In this document: positions 1 to 9,154 of the stretch, piece after piece
How the letters are laid out: each line of letters opens with the position of its first letter
Numbering within the stretch: the stretch's first letter is position 1
Origin: Deltaproteobacteria bacterium
GTDB taxonomy: Bacteria > Myxococcota_A > UBA796 > UBA9615
Direction of reading: 5' to 3'
Assembly: GCA_023954745.1 (NCBI GenBank)
Contig: JAGSHC010000003.1
Coordinates: forward strand, 5,395-69,394
DNA length: 64,000 bases
Notes under the pieces: model-generated
The model's database searches: none
What the model saw: only the letters and a program-made list of their open reading frames with translations
Told to the model about the DNA's origin: nothing
Position numbers and translations under genes: made by a program

Positions 1-301
1 CCACCACCCGATGAAGCTGGGGCAGGAGGGTCCTCAGGTCGCACGGCTGCGAGAACAGGCCGCGGCTGAGCACGAAGAGGAGCGGCGTCTCCAGGAGGGG
101 ACGCAGCAGCCACAGGATGACGACGGCGAGCCAGGGCCGGTTCCAGTTCGTCGCCAGGATCGCCAGGGCGAGGGGAACGGCGACCACCAGCCAGGCGCGC
201 AACATCGGCCCATAGAGCCGCCGACCGATGAGCCAGCCGAAGTCCACGGCCTCCCAGGGGGCCCGTGGGCGCAGGACGCCAATGGCACGTTCGAGATCCA
301 T
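1..301 (-). CDS. Polytopic membrane protein, N-terminal part (gene runs off the window edge); starts MDLERAIGVLRPRAPWEAVDFGWLIGRRLYGPMLRAWLVVAVPLALAIL...
   Basis: Translated by hand because the ORF is edge-truncated and absent from the track. Third codon positions are GC-rich and the frame is open to position 1. Its ATG (301..299) overlaps the TGA of the upstream SpoIIM-like gene (TGATG). The sequence is hydrophobic and helix-rich. Confidence 0.5.
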   Translation of the reverse strand, partial: MDLERAIGVLRPRAPWEAVDFGWLIGRRLYGPMLRAWLVVAVPLALAILATNWNRPWLAVVILWLLRPLLETPLLFVLSRGLFSQPCDLRTLLPQLHRVV

Positions 302-1260
302 CAGCGGGTCTCTCCGGGGAGCAGCGCGCGACCCAGGTAGGCGATGACGAGGAGCCACAGCGAGCCACCGACCAGGAACTTGCTGATCTGCGGCACCCCT
401 GTGGCCGACCAGAAGGCCTCGATGAACGCCGCGATGGTCAGCATCGCGAAGGTGACCCACACGACGGGCATCGCTTCGCGCGCCGACTCGAACATGGCGC
501 GGGCGCGGGTGCGGCGCCCCGGGGACAGCATGCCGAGACCCACCTTGAGGCCGCAGTACCCCGCGAGGCCGATGCCGGTCAGCTCGAAGGAGCCGTGGCC
601 GATGCCGAACTCCCAGAACTCCGCTCCATGGCCGATGGCCATGACGTGACCGATCATCGCGCCCAGGAAGACGCCGTTGAAGAGCAGGAAGAACAGTGAG
701 CCCAGGCCGAACAAGGCACCCCCGGCGAAGGTGCGGAAGCCGATGCCCACGTTGTTGCGGATGTAGAACCCGAACATCGCCAGGTCGGAGCTGGACTCGC
801 GGCCCGTGCGCACGTCCCCCGAGGCGTGCATGTCCTCCATGCTGGCCAGCTGCTCGGGGCCCGCGATGGCGAAGGCGAGCTCGGGCCAGATCTGGACCGC
901 CCCCATCGTCAGCAGGAACGGGCCGTAGAACAGAAGCATGGAGACCACGAACAGCACGCGATCCTTGCGCAGCTGCCGGATGACCCCCACGAGGGCGTAG
1001 CGGAGCCACTCGGCGGGGACGAGCACGCGCCGGCCGTAGAGCTGGTGGTAGCCGCGCAGCACAAGGCCGTTGAGTTCGTCGATGAGCTCGCGTCCATAGC
1101 CCCGCGATCGTGCCAGCGACAGGGTCTGGCAGACCCGTCGGTACACCGCCGGGAGCTTCTGCGCAGCGCCGGGATCCTTGCCCGCGTCGAGCTCGTCGAG
1201 GAGGAACTCGAGCTCAGTCCAGAGCTCACGATGGGCTGCGATGAAGTCGTCTCGACGCAT
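301..1260 (-). CDS. SpoIIM-like / DUF95 family integral membrane protein
   Basis: Start set at the internal ATG (MRRDDFIAAHRELW...), which overlaps the stop of the upstream RDD gene (ATGA). C-terminal multi-TM region. Encodes 319 aa, typical for the family. The longer tracked ORF 301..1380 has an Arg-rich N-extension that looks spurious. Confidence 0.75.
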   Translation of the reverse strand: MRRDDFIAAHRELWTELEFLLDELDAGKDPGAAQKLPAVYRRVCQTLSLARSRGYGRELIDELNGLVLRGYHQLYGRRVLVPAEWLRYALVGVIRQLRKDRVLFVVSMLLFYGPFLLTMGAVQIWPELAFAIAGPEQLASMEDMHASGDVRTGRESSSDLAMFGFYIRNNVGIGFRTFAGGALFGLGSLFFLLFNGVFLGAMIGHVMAIGHGAEFWEFGIGHGSFELTGIGLAGYCGLKVGLGMLSPGRRTRARAMFESAREAMPVVWVTFAMLTIAAFIEAFWSATGVPQISKFLVGGSLWLLVIAYLGRALLPGETR

Positions 1261-1967
1261 CAGCGACGCCCCAGAAGCCAAAGAGCGTACGACTGCAGGC
1301 GCTTGACGCCGACGGGACCGAGCTCGCCGGTGACGGGCTGCAGCTGGTCGGCCAGTTCGATCTGGCGGTCCTCGGTCCACTGGGGTGCGCGTTCGGCGAA
1401 CTCGATGAGCGCTGCCTGCTCTGCCTGCGCGAGGTGGAGCGGGGGCATGGCGGGGGAGAGGTTTGGCAGGGCCGCGAGGGAGGAGAGGGCAGAGCGCTCG
1501 TCGGTGTCGGCGTAGATGACGACCGTGCCCGCGGCGAGATCACCCAGACGCTTGTTCTCTTCGGTAGCGAGGACCGAGAGAAACCCGAACAGAAAGCCCG
1601 CCGGCAGGAAGTCGGCAAAGCGCAGCATGTTGCGCACGGTGGAGGCGGTCCAGTCCACGGCGGCGCCGTCGTCCCGGACGACCTTGAGGCCAAACAGCTT
1701 CTTTCCGGGCGTCTGGCCGTTCCAATAGACCTCACAGACCACCGGGTAGAACCACTCGCCGAAGAAGGCGACGAGATAGAAGAGGCCCATCCCGGCGTTG
1801 CCGAAGATCGCCAGGACCGAGCCGACGGGGACGAGCACCGCGGTGCGAATGAGGGTGTCGACGAGCCACGAGGCGAAGCGCACCGGGCTGCCGGCCAGGC
1901 GCAGCCCCACCTCGACCCCCTCCGGGGTCTCGGTGTTCCGGAGCGTGTCGATGGGCGGCGTCTGCAC
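1260..1967 (-). CDS. RDD family membrane protein
   Basis: 235-aa ORF with RDD-domain-like TM architecture. Stop overlaps the downstream SpoIIM-like start. Confidence 0.75.
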   Translation of the reverse strand: MQTPPIDTLRNTETPEGVEVGLRLAGSPVRFASWLVDTLIRTAVLVPVGSVLAIFGNAGMGLFYLVAFFGEWFYPVVCEVYWNGQTPGKKLFGLKVVRDDGAAVDWTASTVRNMLRFADFLPAGFLFGFLSVLATEENKRLGDLAAGTVVIYADTDERSALSSLAALPNLSPAMPPLHLAQAEQAALIEFAERAPQWTEDRQIELADQLQPVTGELGPVGVKRLQSYALWLLGRR

Positions 1968-1983
1968 GGTCAGTGGAGCGTCT

Positions 1984-2490
1984 CTAGGGGGCCTGGATCA
2001 CCTTGCTGTCTGCGAGGAGGTCGTGCAGGCAGCGCCGGTCGTCCCGGAAGATGAACAGGGAATCTGCGAGCCCGAAGATCCCCCCGACCCCCGGGATCAG
2101 TCCCAGGAGCTGGATGGGCAGCACCCGCAGTCCGATGATGCGGCCGAGGCTGATGTCGCTGCCATCCATGCGCACGATGCGCACGCCGAGGATGCGCTTG
2201 CCGATGGTCTGGCCGCGCTGGTTCAACATGTTGAGGTTCACTGCCAGGACCGCGAGCGCGAGGACCCCCGCGAGGGCTCCGGCCGAGATGGCTGCGGTCG
2301 ACATCTCCCCGCCGCCGTCGAGCTCGAGGACCAGGACGAAGGCAGGACTGACCGCCAGCAAGTAGATGAACTGGTCGATCATCCGCGCGCCGAGGCGCGT
2401 CCCCCGATCCGCCGGAAGCTCGATGCGCTCCTCGCCGAATCCGTCCGAAAGCGCCGCCTGCGGCGACGCATAGGGGTTGTTCTCACTCAT
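1984..2490 (-). CDS. RDD family membrane protein (second paralog)
   Basis: Start at the internal ATG (MSENNPYASPQA...). Has an RGQTIGKRILGVRIV motif and TM segments. The tracked 393-aa ORF has a Ser/Arg/Pro-rich N-extension antisense to the AsnB-like gene and is judged spurious. Confidence 0.7.
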   Translation of the reverse strand: MSENNPYASPQAALSDGFGEERIELPADRGTRLGARMIDQFIYLLAVSPAFVLVLELDGGGEMSTAAISAGALAGVLALAVLAVNLNMLNQRGQTIGKRILGVRIVRMDGSDISLGRIIGLRVLPIQLLGLIPGVGGIFGLADSLFIFRDDRRCLHDLLADSKVIQAP

Positions 2491-2530
2491 CGGGCCCTCC
2501 CCGTCCTCGTGTTCGGCCAAGATAGCGGAA

Positions 2531-3733
2531 GTGTCCGCGCTCCCCCCGCCGCTCCAGCGCCGCTTCGTCGACGCGGGAGGCCGAGAGCACTCCTCGCTCC
2601 TGGGTGCCGTAGGCCCCGAGGCGCGCTTCGATCCCCAGGGGGTCACCGACCTGCTCGCCTGGGGCCACCCCGTGGGCCCGCACACGGTGTTCGCGTCGAT
2701 CTCCTGGGCCGACGCCCCCCCATGGCTCCTGCCCGCGCCGTCTCCCCATCCTTCCGAGTTGGGGCCCGACGCCCGCGCCGATGCGCTCTGGGATCTGCTC
2801 TGCGAGGCCGTGGCTCGGCGACCCGCGGGAGAGGTGGGCGCGGCGCTGTCGGGAGGGCTGGACTCCCGCGCCGTGGCCCTGGCCTTGCGGGAGGGACAGC
2901 CAGCGGCGCAATGCTTCACCTTCGGTGACTCGGGGGCGGTGGATCTCGGCCGTGCCCGACTCGTGGCGCGGCGTCTCGGTCTCCGGCACCTCGTGTCGGC
3001 CTTGCCGCTCGACGCGGCGCTGCTCGAGGAGCGCAGGGTCTTCGAGGCGACGGGGGGGCTCGGTGGTCCGGCCGCCGCACCGGGCGCGTTCACCGACCGG
3101 AGCTGGTCCGGCGACATCGACGTGCTGCTGTCGGGCATGTCGGGGGACGTCATCTGGGGGGACACGGCGTTGCGCGGGCCCGGTTCGGCTTCCCGACTCC
3201 GGAAGCTGGGGGCGGGAGTCGCCTCCGATCCCGTCGTCCATGTTCCGCCGGCACCGCCCTGGGCGACCCCCGCCGGGGTCGTCGCCTGGCAGAACCTGTG
3301 GACCCGTCAGGCTCGTGTCACGTGGAACGGGATCCTGCCCCGGCTCGCGTACACCGCCGTGGTCCCCGTGTGCTGGGACCCGGAGCTCCTGTCCTTCTGC
3401 CTGGCCCTCGACGGCGTGGACCGGAACGGGCGCGCGCTGTTGCGCCGGATGCTCGCCCGGCACGGGCGCGAGGTGGACCCGGAGGTCGTTCCGGGCGTCA
3501 CCGGGCCCGTGCACGACCTCGACCGCGCCATGAGTACGAGCCCCGCCTGGCGGCGGGAGCTGGATCACATGATCGGCGGCCGGGAGCGGTGGGACGCGCT
3601 GGGCCTGCGCCCACGAGGTGTCGCGCGCATCCTGAGATTGGTGCGCGACGGCAAGCGGGCGCGGTCGGGTCTCGTGAGCCGACTCCGGGTGCTGTGGATG
3701 TGGGGAGAGCGCCTCGGGCTCGGGTCCGGCTGA
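2531..3733 (+). CDS. Asparagine-synthetase-like ATP-pyrophosphatase (AsnB C-terminal domain only, no N-terminal glutaminase domain)
   Basis: SGGLDSRAVALAL PP-loop motif (SGGxDS). Good GC3. Start uncertain; a GTG at 2531 was chosen downstream of the divergent RDD gene. Confidence 0.6.
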   Translation: MSALPPPLQRRFVDAGGREHSSLLGAVGPEARFDPQGVTDLLAWGHPVGPHTVFASISWADAPPWLLPAPSPHPSELGPDARADALWDLLCEAVARRPAGEVGAALSGGLDSRAVALALREGQPAAQCFTFGDSGAVDLGRARLVARRLGLRHLVSALPLDAALLEERRVFEATGGLGGPAAAPGAFTDRSWSGDIDVLLSGMSGDVIWGDTALRGPGSASRLRKLGAGVASDPVVHVPPAPPWATPAGVVAWQNLWTRQARVTWNGILPRLAYTAVVPVCWDPELLSFCLALDGVDRNGRALLRRMLARHGREVDPEVVPGVTGPVHDLDRAMSTSPAWRRELDHMIGGRERWDALGLRPRGVARILRLVRDGKRARSGLVSRLRVLWMWGERLGLGSG

Positions 3734-3740
3734 GCCGGAG

Positions 3741-4184
3741 CTACTCGCAGGGCGCGATGAGTTCGTCGACGCAGAGCAGGATCTGGTCGTTGGTGCTGCA
3801 CCCCTCGGGGTCCTCGACGAACACGCGAACCACGGCCTGACCCTCCTCGAGGAGGTTGGCGGGCATTGTGAACGTGGTCTGTCCCTGGGCGTTTGGCACC
3901 GGGACATCGACGTCGAGCTCGGTCCCTTGGCTGCCGGAGTTGTCCTGCAGCGTGATGGAGAGGTCCTCAGGGGGGGTGTCGGGGTCCGTCACCGTCAGCG
4001 ACCAGCTGATCATCTCGTCGGCGTCGAAGTACGTGGCGGTGTCCGGGGAGACGATCGTCAGGGTGGGACGCTGCGCCGACGTGCAGTCCGCGACGTCGTC
4101 GTCGTTCGAGCCCTCGGTGGGGCACCCGACGAGGAGGGCGGAGGACAGGGTCACGAGGGCGGCAGTACGCAGCAACTGATGCAT
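3741..4184 (-). CDS. Hypothetical secreted lipoprotein
   Basis: Internal ATG gives MHQLLRTAALVTLSSALLVGC (signal peptide plus lipobox). Acidic mature region. 147 aa. Confidence 0.65.
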   Translation of the reverse strand: MHQLLRTAALVTLSSALLVGCPTEGSNDDDVADCTSAQRPTLTIVSPDTATYFDADEMISWSLTVTDPDTPPEDLSITLQDNSGSQGTELDVDVPVPNAQGQTTFTMPANLLEEGQAVVRVFVEDPEGCSTNDQILLCVDELIAPCE

Positions 4185-4356
4185 CGAGGCGGCTCCAATT
4201 CTGAGACCCGGCGGTCCAGGAGCGGCGGAGTCTACAGGGGGACCCCGCCGCGGGGAAGCGAGCGTTTGGGCCCTTCCAAGAGGAAGCCCCCCGACGGCAA
4301 GCCGCCGGGGGGCTCGAGTCCCGGGACCTGGCACCCCCGGGACCGCGACTGGTTCC

Positions 4357-5982
4357 TCAGCGACGGCGGCGGCGCGCCATGGGCCCCATCAGGGCCAGGA
4401 AGAGAAGAGCTGCGCCGGCACCTCCCGGGCTCGGAGCGGCGCTGCAGCCGCCGCAGCCCGTGGATGCCCACAGCAGCTGGTTCGGCTCGAAGGTGTCGAC
4501 CACCTGGGAGCACACCGCGCCCCCAGCTCCGTCGGGCACCGCGGCGAAGCCGTCGTTGCAGGAGCAGGTGGCGAAGCCGTTCACTGCCTCGCAGGTGCCG
4601 AACTCGCCGCACATGGAGGCATCGCAGGGGTCGGCCGGGCCGTCCGGGGTGCCGAGGACATCCTCGAGGAACTCGAGCCGCGTCTGCTGGCAGACCACCG
4701 TCTCCCGCAGGAAGCCGCCCACCGACGCGGGCTCGCGGATGACCCGAGCGTTGGAGCCTTCGGCACAGACGCAGCCGTCGATGCCGGCGTCCGTGGTGGC
4801 GCACATGGAGCCCACACCGCAGTACGTCTGCCCGCAAGGCTCGGGCTCGCTGGCGTTCTGCGGGCCGCACACCTCGACTGCGGGACGGTCCGACAGGTCC
4901 AGAGTCCGCGAGACCGTCGCGTCCGAGTCGGCGCGAGCGAAGGAGGGGTCGAAGGCCATCTCCCAGCCGGAGATCCGCGTGTACATACGGGTGACGTACG
5001 CGTTGTTGCTCAGCACCTCCTGGAGGTGGGCGCGGGCCTCGGCGTCGTCGTCGGCGAAGAAGCCGAAGAAGTTGTCCAGGTTCTGCTGGGTCACCGCGGC
5101 GGTGTCGGCGTACTCGGTGACGAACGCGCGTCCGCCCGCCTCGTCGATGAGCCAAGACAGGAGTGGGTAGTAGTTGTTGGCTCCGTTGCGAGGGTCCGCC
5201 TGCACGTCTGCGACGTCGACGACCATGTTCCCGAAGTTGTCGGACTCGTAGCGGCCCTCGCCCACCACGAAGGCCATGACGCCCATCTCCGGCTCGGCGG
5301 CGACCGCCGTCAGCGAGATGGGGATCATCGCCGAGGTGCCAGGCGTGGTCATGCTGATCGGGGTGATGTCAGCGGTGGCCGCCCCCGGCGTCAGCTTCAT
5401 CGCCAGGAACTTCATGCCCGACGCGACGTAGTCGGCGATGAAGGGCTCCATGGGCTCGGTGATCAGATAGCCGTTGGTGTTGAGCCACTCGATGAGGGCC
5501 TCGGGGTCCTCGCTGCTGACCACCTCGGGGTCGAAGGGCCCCACTTGGGGGAGGTCCTCGACATTGACGCCGCCGTCGGTGGAGCTGTCGTCGCTCTCCG
5601 CGTTGACACCGGCGCTGCGGAACACACCGCCTCCACCCCCGGCGCCCGAGCACTTCGTGGGGGGCGCGATGATGGTCGGAACGGTGCCGCCGTCGAGGAG
5701 GCGCAGCGTGCTGGGGGGCACGGTCAGCAGGTCCGGGGTGTCCGTCACGGGCACGACCCAGGAGAAGCCCTCCGGCGCCCCGGCGTAGCTGATCTCCACG
5801 GTCGTGGTGATGGTTCCGGCGGGGTCGATCTCGAAGAGGATGCGCTCCGCGTTCTGCTCGACGGGCGTGATCTGGCAGAAGAAGCCGCCACACGCCTCGG
5901 CCTGGTCAGGAACCGATGCGACGGCGAGGGCGCCGACGAAGAGGGGCAGCGAGAGGGAGCGGAGACACGAGTTGACGTTCAT
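4357..5982 (-). CDS. DUF2330-like secreted protein with EGF-like Cys-rich region and MYXO-CTERM sorting signal
   Basis: ATG start gives MNVNSCLRSLSLPLFVGALAVASVPDQAEACGGFFC (signal peptide, then the ACGGFFC motif of DUF2330). C-terminus GCGGCS...ALLFLALMGPMARRRRR is a MYXO-CTERM. Confidence 0.8.
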   Translation of the reverse strand: MNVNSCLRSLSLPLFVGALAVASVPDQAEACGGFFCQITPVEQNAERILFEIDPAGTITTTVEISYAGAPEGFSWVVPVTDTPDLLTVPPSTLRLLDGGTVPTIIAPPTKCSGAGGGGGVFRSAGVNAESDDSSTDGGVNVEDLPQVGPFDPEVVSSEDPEALIEWLNTNGYLITEPMEPFIADYVASGMKFLAMKLTPGAATADITPISMTTPGTSAMIPISLTAVAAEPEMGVMAFVVGEGRYESDNFGNMVVDVADVQADPRNGANNYYPLLSWLIDEAGGRAFVTEYADTAAVTQQNLDNFFGFFADDDAEARAHLQEVLSNNAYVTRMYTRISGWEMAFDPSFARADSDATVSRTLDLSDRPAVEVCGPQNASEPEPCGQTYCGVGSMCATTDAGIDGCVCAEGSNARVIREPASVGGFLRETVVCQQTRLEFLEDVLGTPDGPADPCDASMCGEFGTCEAVNGFATCSCNDGFAAVPDGAGGAVCSQVVDTFEPNQLLWASTGCGGCSAAPSPGGAGAALLFLALMGPMARRRRR

Positions 5983-6119
5983 GCACCAGACACAGAGCAA
6001 CGGCTGGGCCGGGTGTACCGGGCGCGATCGTGCCCGGGTGGGGTGAGGCGGGCGCCGGCTGCGGATCGCAGTCCGCCTTCTTCAGGCGCGGGGGGAGGGT
6101 CGATGTACCTTTCCCCCGC

Positions 6120-7145
6120 ATGCCTTCCGGACGCCCCGCTCTCCCGACCCGCGCACGTCAGCAGGCGCTGCTTCGAGACCTCGTGGAGGTGTTGGCGGAC
6201 GGCGCCGCCGCACCGTTCTTGAGCAATGTCGTGGTGGAGCCCTACGCGCGCTTCTTCCCCGAGGCCGCGGCGAGCAACGCGGATCCAGTGCAGGCCATGC
6301 ACAAGACCATCTACGCCTACGCCGGTGTAACCGACGCGACCCCCGCCCTCGGGTTCAGCGATGTAGCCGTCGGGGCTGCGCCGCCGTCCGCGAACACGAC
6401 GCAGACCATGATGCTGGGGCCTGTCTGCAGGCGCGCCGCGAGGGCCTGGCGACGGCGCCAGGGGGTGCTCCTCGACGAGCATCGGGAGGAGCGCCTCGTC
6501 GATCTCACGGCGGTGAGTCTGGGGTTTGGGGCCCTCCTGGCGAACCACGCCTTGGCTCGGTCGGGGCTGGATGGCGAGATCGTCGCCACGCACGCAGCGC
6601 GGGACCCGTCGGTGGACTGGCGAAGGAGTCGGGACCTGATGCCAGGGCTCGATCTCGGTCGACTCCTGGGCCCCTCGTTTGCGACGCAGCCCGCGGAGCG
6701 CCTGACCGCGACGGACCTCGTGTTCGTTCTCGCGGCGCAAGTCGTCGTGCGACACCCGACGCGTTGGAGCCGCCGTGGCCATGGCCATTACTGGCGGGTG
6801 CGCACGCTGGACCGGCTGCTCCGCCCCCTGTTCGTGGACGCAGTCCGCGCTCTCGCCACTCCCCGCGACGCGCTGGCCGCCCAGCTGGGCTTCATCCCGA
6901 TGCCGCCGCCGCGCAAGGGTCTCACCGTGGACGGGGTCGAGCTGTTCCCGGACTTCGACCACTTGCTGGGCGTCGATCGGGTGGTCGCACCCCGCCGCGG
7001 CCCCCTCGGACGCATTCCCGGGCTGAAGGGTGTGCGTCTGCGCTGTTCTGCGCGCCGGTGTCGGGCTCCCCTCCCTGCGTGGTCTCCCCGCTGCGTTCGC
7101 TGTGGTCGCGGCGTGAAGGGTGAGCAGCCCCTCACACCGGAGTAG
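6120..7145 (+). CDS. Hypothetical protein with C-terminal Cys4 zinc-ribbon-like motif
   Basis: Diverse amino-acid composition and good GC3, whereas the long antisense ORF 5979..7973 is Arg/His/Pro-rich junk. C-terminus has CSARRC...CVRCGR. Start ATG at 6120 is tentative. Confidence 0.45.
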   Translation: MPSGRPALPTRARQQALLRDLVEVLADGAAAPFLSNVVVEPYARFFPEAAASNADPVQAMHKTIYAYAGVTDATPALGFSDVAVGAAPPSANTTQTMMLGPVCRRAARAWRRRQGVLLDEHREERLVDLTAVSLGFGALLANHALARSGLDGEIVATHAARDPSVDWRRSRDLMPGLDLGRLLGPSFATQPAERLTATDLVFVLAAQVVVRHPTRWSRRGHGHYWRVRTLDRLLRPLFVDAVRALATPRDALAAQLGFIPMPPPRKGLTVDGVELFPDFDHLLGVDRVVAPRRGPLGRIPGLKGVRLRCSARRCRAPLPAWSPRCVRCGRGVKGEQPLTPE

Positions 7146-7154
7146 GCTCTGCGC

Positions 7155-8912
7155 GTGCGCAGGTCTTCCCAGCTCCTCCTCGTCCTCCTTGTCGGCTGCA
7201 CCAGCGCGCCCGTCGAGCCGCCGGCCCCGCGAGCCCTTCCCTCCCCCTCGCTGCTCAGCGAGCATTGCGCTGAGGTGGTGGGAGAGCCGCGGGTGCTCGA
7301 GGTCGCCGAAGGGGTCTGGGCGGCGGTGGGGTACGACCTCGCCAACACCATCCTCGTACAGACCGCCGACGGGAACGTCGTCATCGACGCGGGCATGAGT
7401 CCCAGCCGCTCGGCGGTGTCGCGGGCCGCCTTGCTCGAGAAGGCTCCGGGTCCCACGGCCGCCATCGTCTACACCCACTCGCACATCGATCACGTCGGTG
7501 GGGCGTCCGTGTGGATGGAGGAAGCCACGCAGGTCTGGGCCACCGAGCGCTTCGAGGACCACTTCTTCAAGCAGTACGGAGTCTTCCTCGGGGCGGAGAA
7601 CGCCCGCGGAGCCCGCCAGTTCGGACGCGACGTGCCCTTGGAGCAGCTGCCGTGCAGCGGTCTGGGGCGCAAGGTCGACATCCCCGCAGCCCTCGACGTG
7701 GGCGCAGTCCTCCCGACCCACACGTTCTCGGGAGAGCACCAGCTGAGCATCGGGGGGGTGACGCTGACCCTGGTGGAGGCTCACGGCGAGACCGACGACC
7801 AGCTGTTCGTGTGGCACGAGGCCCAGGGCGTGCTCATGCCGGGCGACAACTGGTATCGGGCCTTCCCCAACCTCTACACGGTGCGCGGGGCCCGGCCCCG
7901 GCCGGTGGACACCTGGATCGAGAGCCTCGACGCGATGCGGCGGCGGGGAGCCCGCATTCTGCTCCCCAGTCACACCGTGCCCGTGGTGGGTGAGGAGCAG
8001 GTGGAGACCGCTCTACGGACCTACCGGGACGGCATCCAGTGGGTGCGTGACTCGGTGGTTCGGTCGGCCAACGCGGGGCGTTCCGTCGACATGATCGCGG
8101 CGGAGGTGCGGCTCCCGCCGCATCTCGCCGAGGTTCCGGCCCTCGCGGAGCTGTATGGCCAGATCGACTGGTCGGTGCGCGCGATCTACGCCAACGAGCT
8201 CGGTTGGTTCGACAGCAAGGCGCACCGCCTCTACCCGACACCCCCCGCCGAGCGCGCGGCGAAGATGGTGGCCTTGATGGGGGGCAGCCCAGCGGTCATC
8301 GAAGCTGCGGCCCAGGCGGCAGCGAAGGGAGAGCACGCGTGGGCTCTCGAGCTGCTGGCCTTGGTGGGCGACGCGGCGGAGGAGGGCGCACCCGACCTCA
8401 GCGAGGCGACGGCGCAGTCCCTCGAGGCGCTGGCCACGCAGCTGGCGAACACCAACGGGCGCGGCTACTTGCTCCAGAGCGCCATCGAGCGACGGGCGGG
8501 GGCCGTGGAGCGTCAAGGCAAGCCCACCCTCTCCGATGCGTTCGTGCGGAGCATCCCGCTGACTCAGATCTTCGAGATCATGGCCTCGAAGCTGCGGCCC
8601 GCCGAAGTCATGGACCGCCACGACTCGGTGGTGTTCGAGTTCTCCGATGTGTCCGACCGGTTCGTGGTGACCATTCGTCGAGGCATCGCCGAGGTCGTGA
8701 GGGGTGAGTCGTTGCCGGGCACGCCGGCTCCCCTGGCGACGGTCCGCACCGATGCGCGCACCTGGCGTCGTCTCGCCCTGGGAATCGAGACCGGCAAGGA
8801 CGCGATCGCCGACGGCCGAATGGAGGTCGAGGGGAGCAAGCTCGGGCTGCTCGGATTCATGAACCGCTTTGACCGCGGCTTCGGCGCCGGCGGACCCCTG
8901 GAGCTCCCGTGA
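7155..8912 (+). CDS. Alkyl/aryl-sulfatase, SdsA1/BDS1 type (metallo-β-lactamase fold plus SCP2-like C-terminal domain); lipoprotein
   Basis: GTG start. LLVLLVGCTS lipobox. THSHIDHVGG (HxHxDH) MBL motif. Length and domain order typical of alkylsulfatases. Confidence 0.85.
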   Translation: MRRSSQLLLVLLVGCTSAPVEPPAPRALPSPSLLSEHCAEVVGEPRVLEVAEGVWAAVGYDLANTILVQTADGNVVIDAGMSPSRSAVSRAALLEKAPGPTAAIVYTHSHIDHVGGASVWMEEATQVWATERFEDHFFKQYGVFLGAENARGARQFGRDVPLEQLPCSGLGRKVDIPAALDVGAVLPTHTFSGEHQLSIGGVTLTLVEAHGETDDQLFVWHEAQGVLMPGDNWYRAFPNLYTVRGARPRPVDTWIESLDAMRRRGARILLPSHTVPVVGEEQVETALRTYRDGIQWVRDSVVRSANAGRSVDMIAAEVRLPPHLAEVPALAELYGQIDWSVRAIYANELGWFDSKAHRLYPTPPAERAAKMVALMGGSPAVIEAAAQAAAKGEHAWALELLALVGDAAEEGAPDLSEATAQSLEALATQLANTNGRGYLLQSAIERRAGAVERQGKPTLSDAFVRSIPLTQIFEIMASKLRPAEVMDRHDSVVFEFSDVSDRFVVTIRRGIAEVVRGESLPGTPAPLATVRTDARTWRRLALGIETGKDAIADGRMEVEGSKLGLLGFMNRFDRGFGAGGPLELP

Positions 8913-9154
8913 CTGAAGAGACCGTGACCCGCCTGCTCCACGAGCGTCTGCTCGACGACCTCTTCTTCGGTGAGCCGGGAACCATCGCGCTGGACGACGA
9001 CCTCTTCGAGCTCGGCCTGGACTCCATGGGAGTCACCCGACTGGTCGTATTCGCTGAACGAAGCCTCGCCTCTCGCATCCCCGACGCGGAGGTGGTGGCG
9101 GAGAACTTCGGCACCCTGGCCGCGCTCGTCGCGACGGTCTTGAGGAATCGGTGA
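8909..9154 (+). CDS. Acyl carrier protein (phosphopantetheine-binding)
   Basis: 81 aa with the LGLDSM (DSL-type) Ser attachment motif. GTGA overlap with the sulfatase stop. Confidence 0.8.
   Translation: MTEETVTRLLHERLLDDLFFGEPGTIALDDDLFELGLDSMGVTRLVVFAERSLASRIPDAEVVAENFGTLAALVATVLRNR

Noticed and set aside
2483-3907. 474-aa minus-strand ORF antisense to the AsnB-like gene (with nested 2781..3533 and 3298..3840 ORFs).
   Set aside because: Composition is Arg/Pro/Gly/His-dominated, with no motifs. It is the typical antisense shadow ORF of a 70% GC genome. The plus-strand frame carries the SGGLDS motif.
5979-7973. 664-aa minus-strand ORF spanning the hypothetical gene and the sulfatase N-terminus.
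   Set aside because: Antisense to two well-supported genes. Low-complexity R/H/G/P composition.
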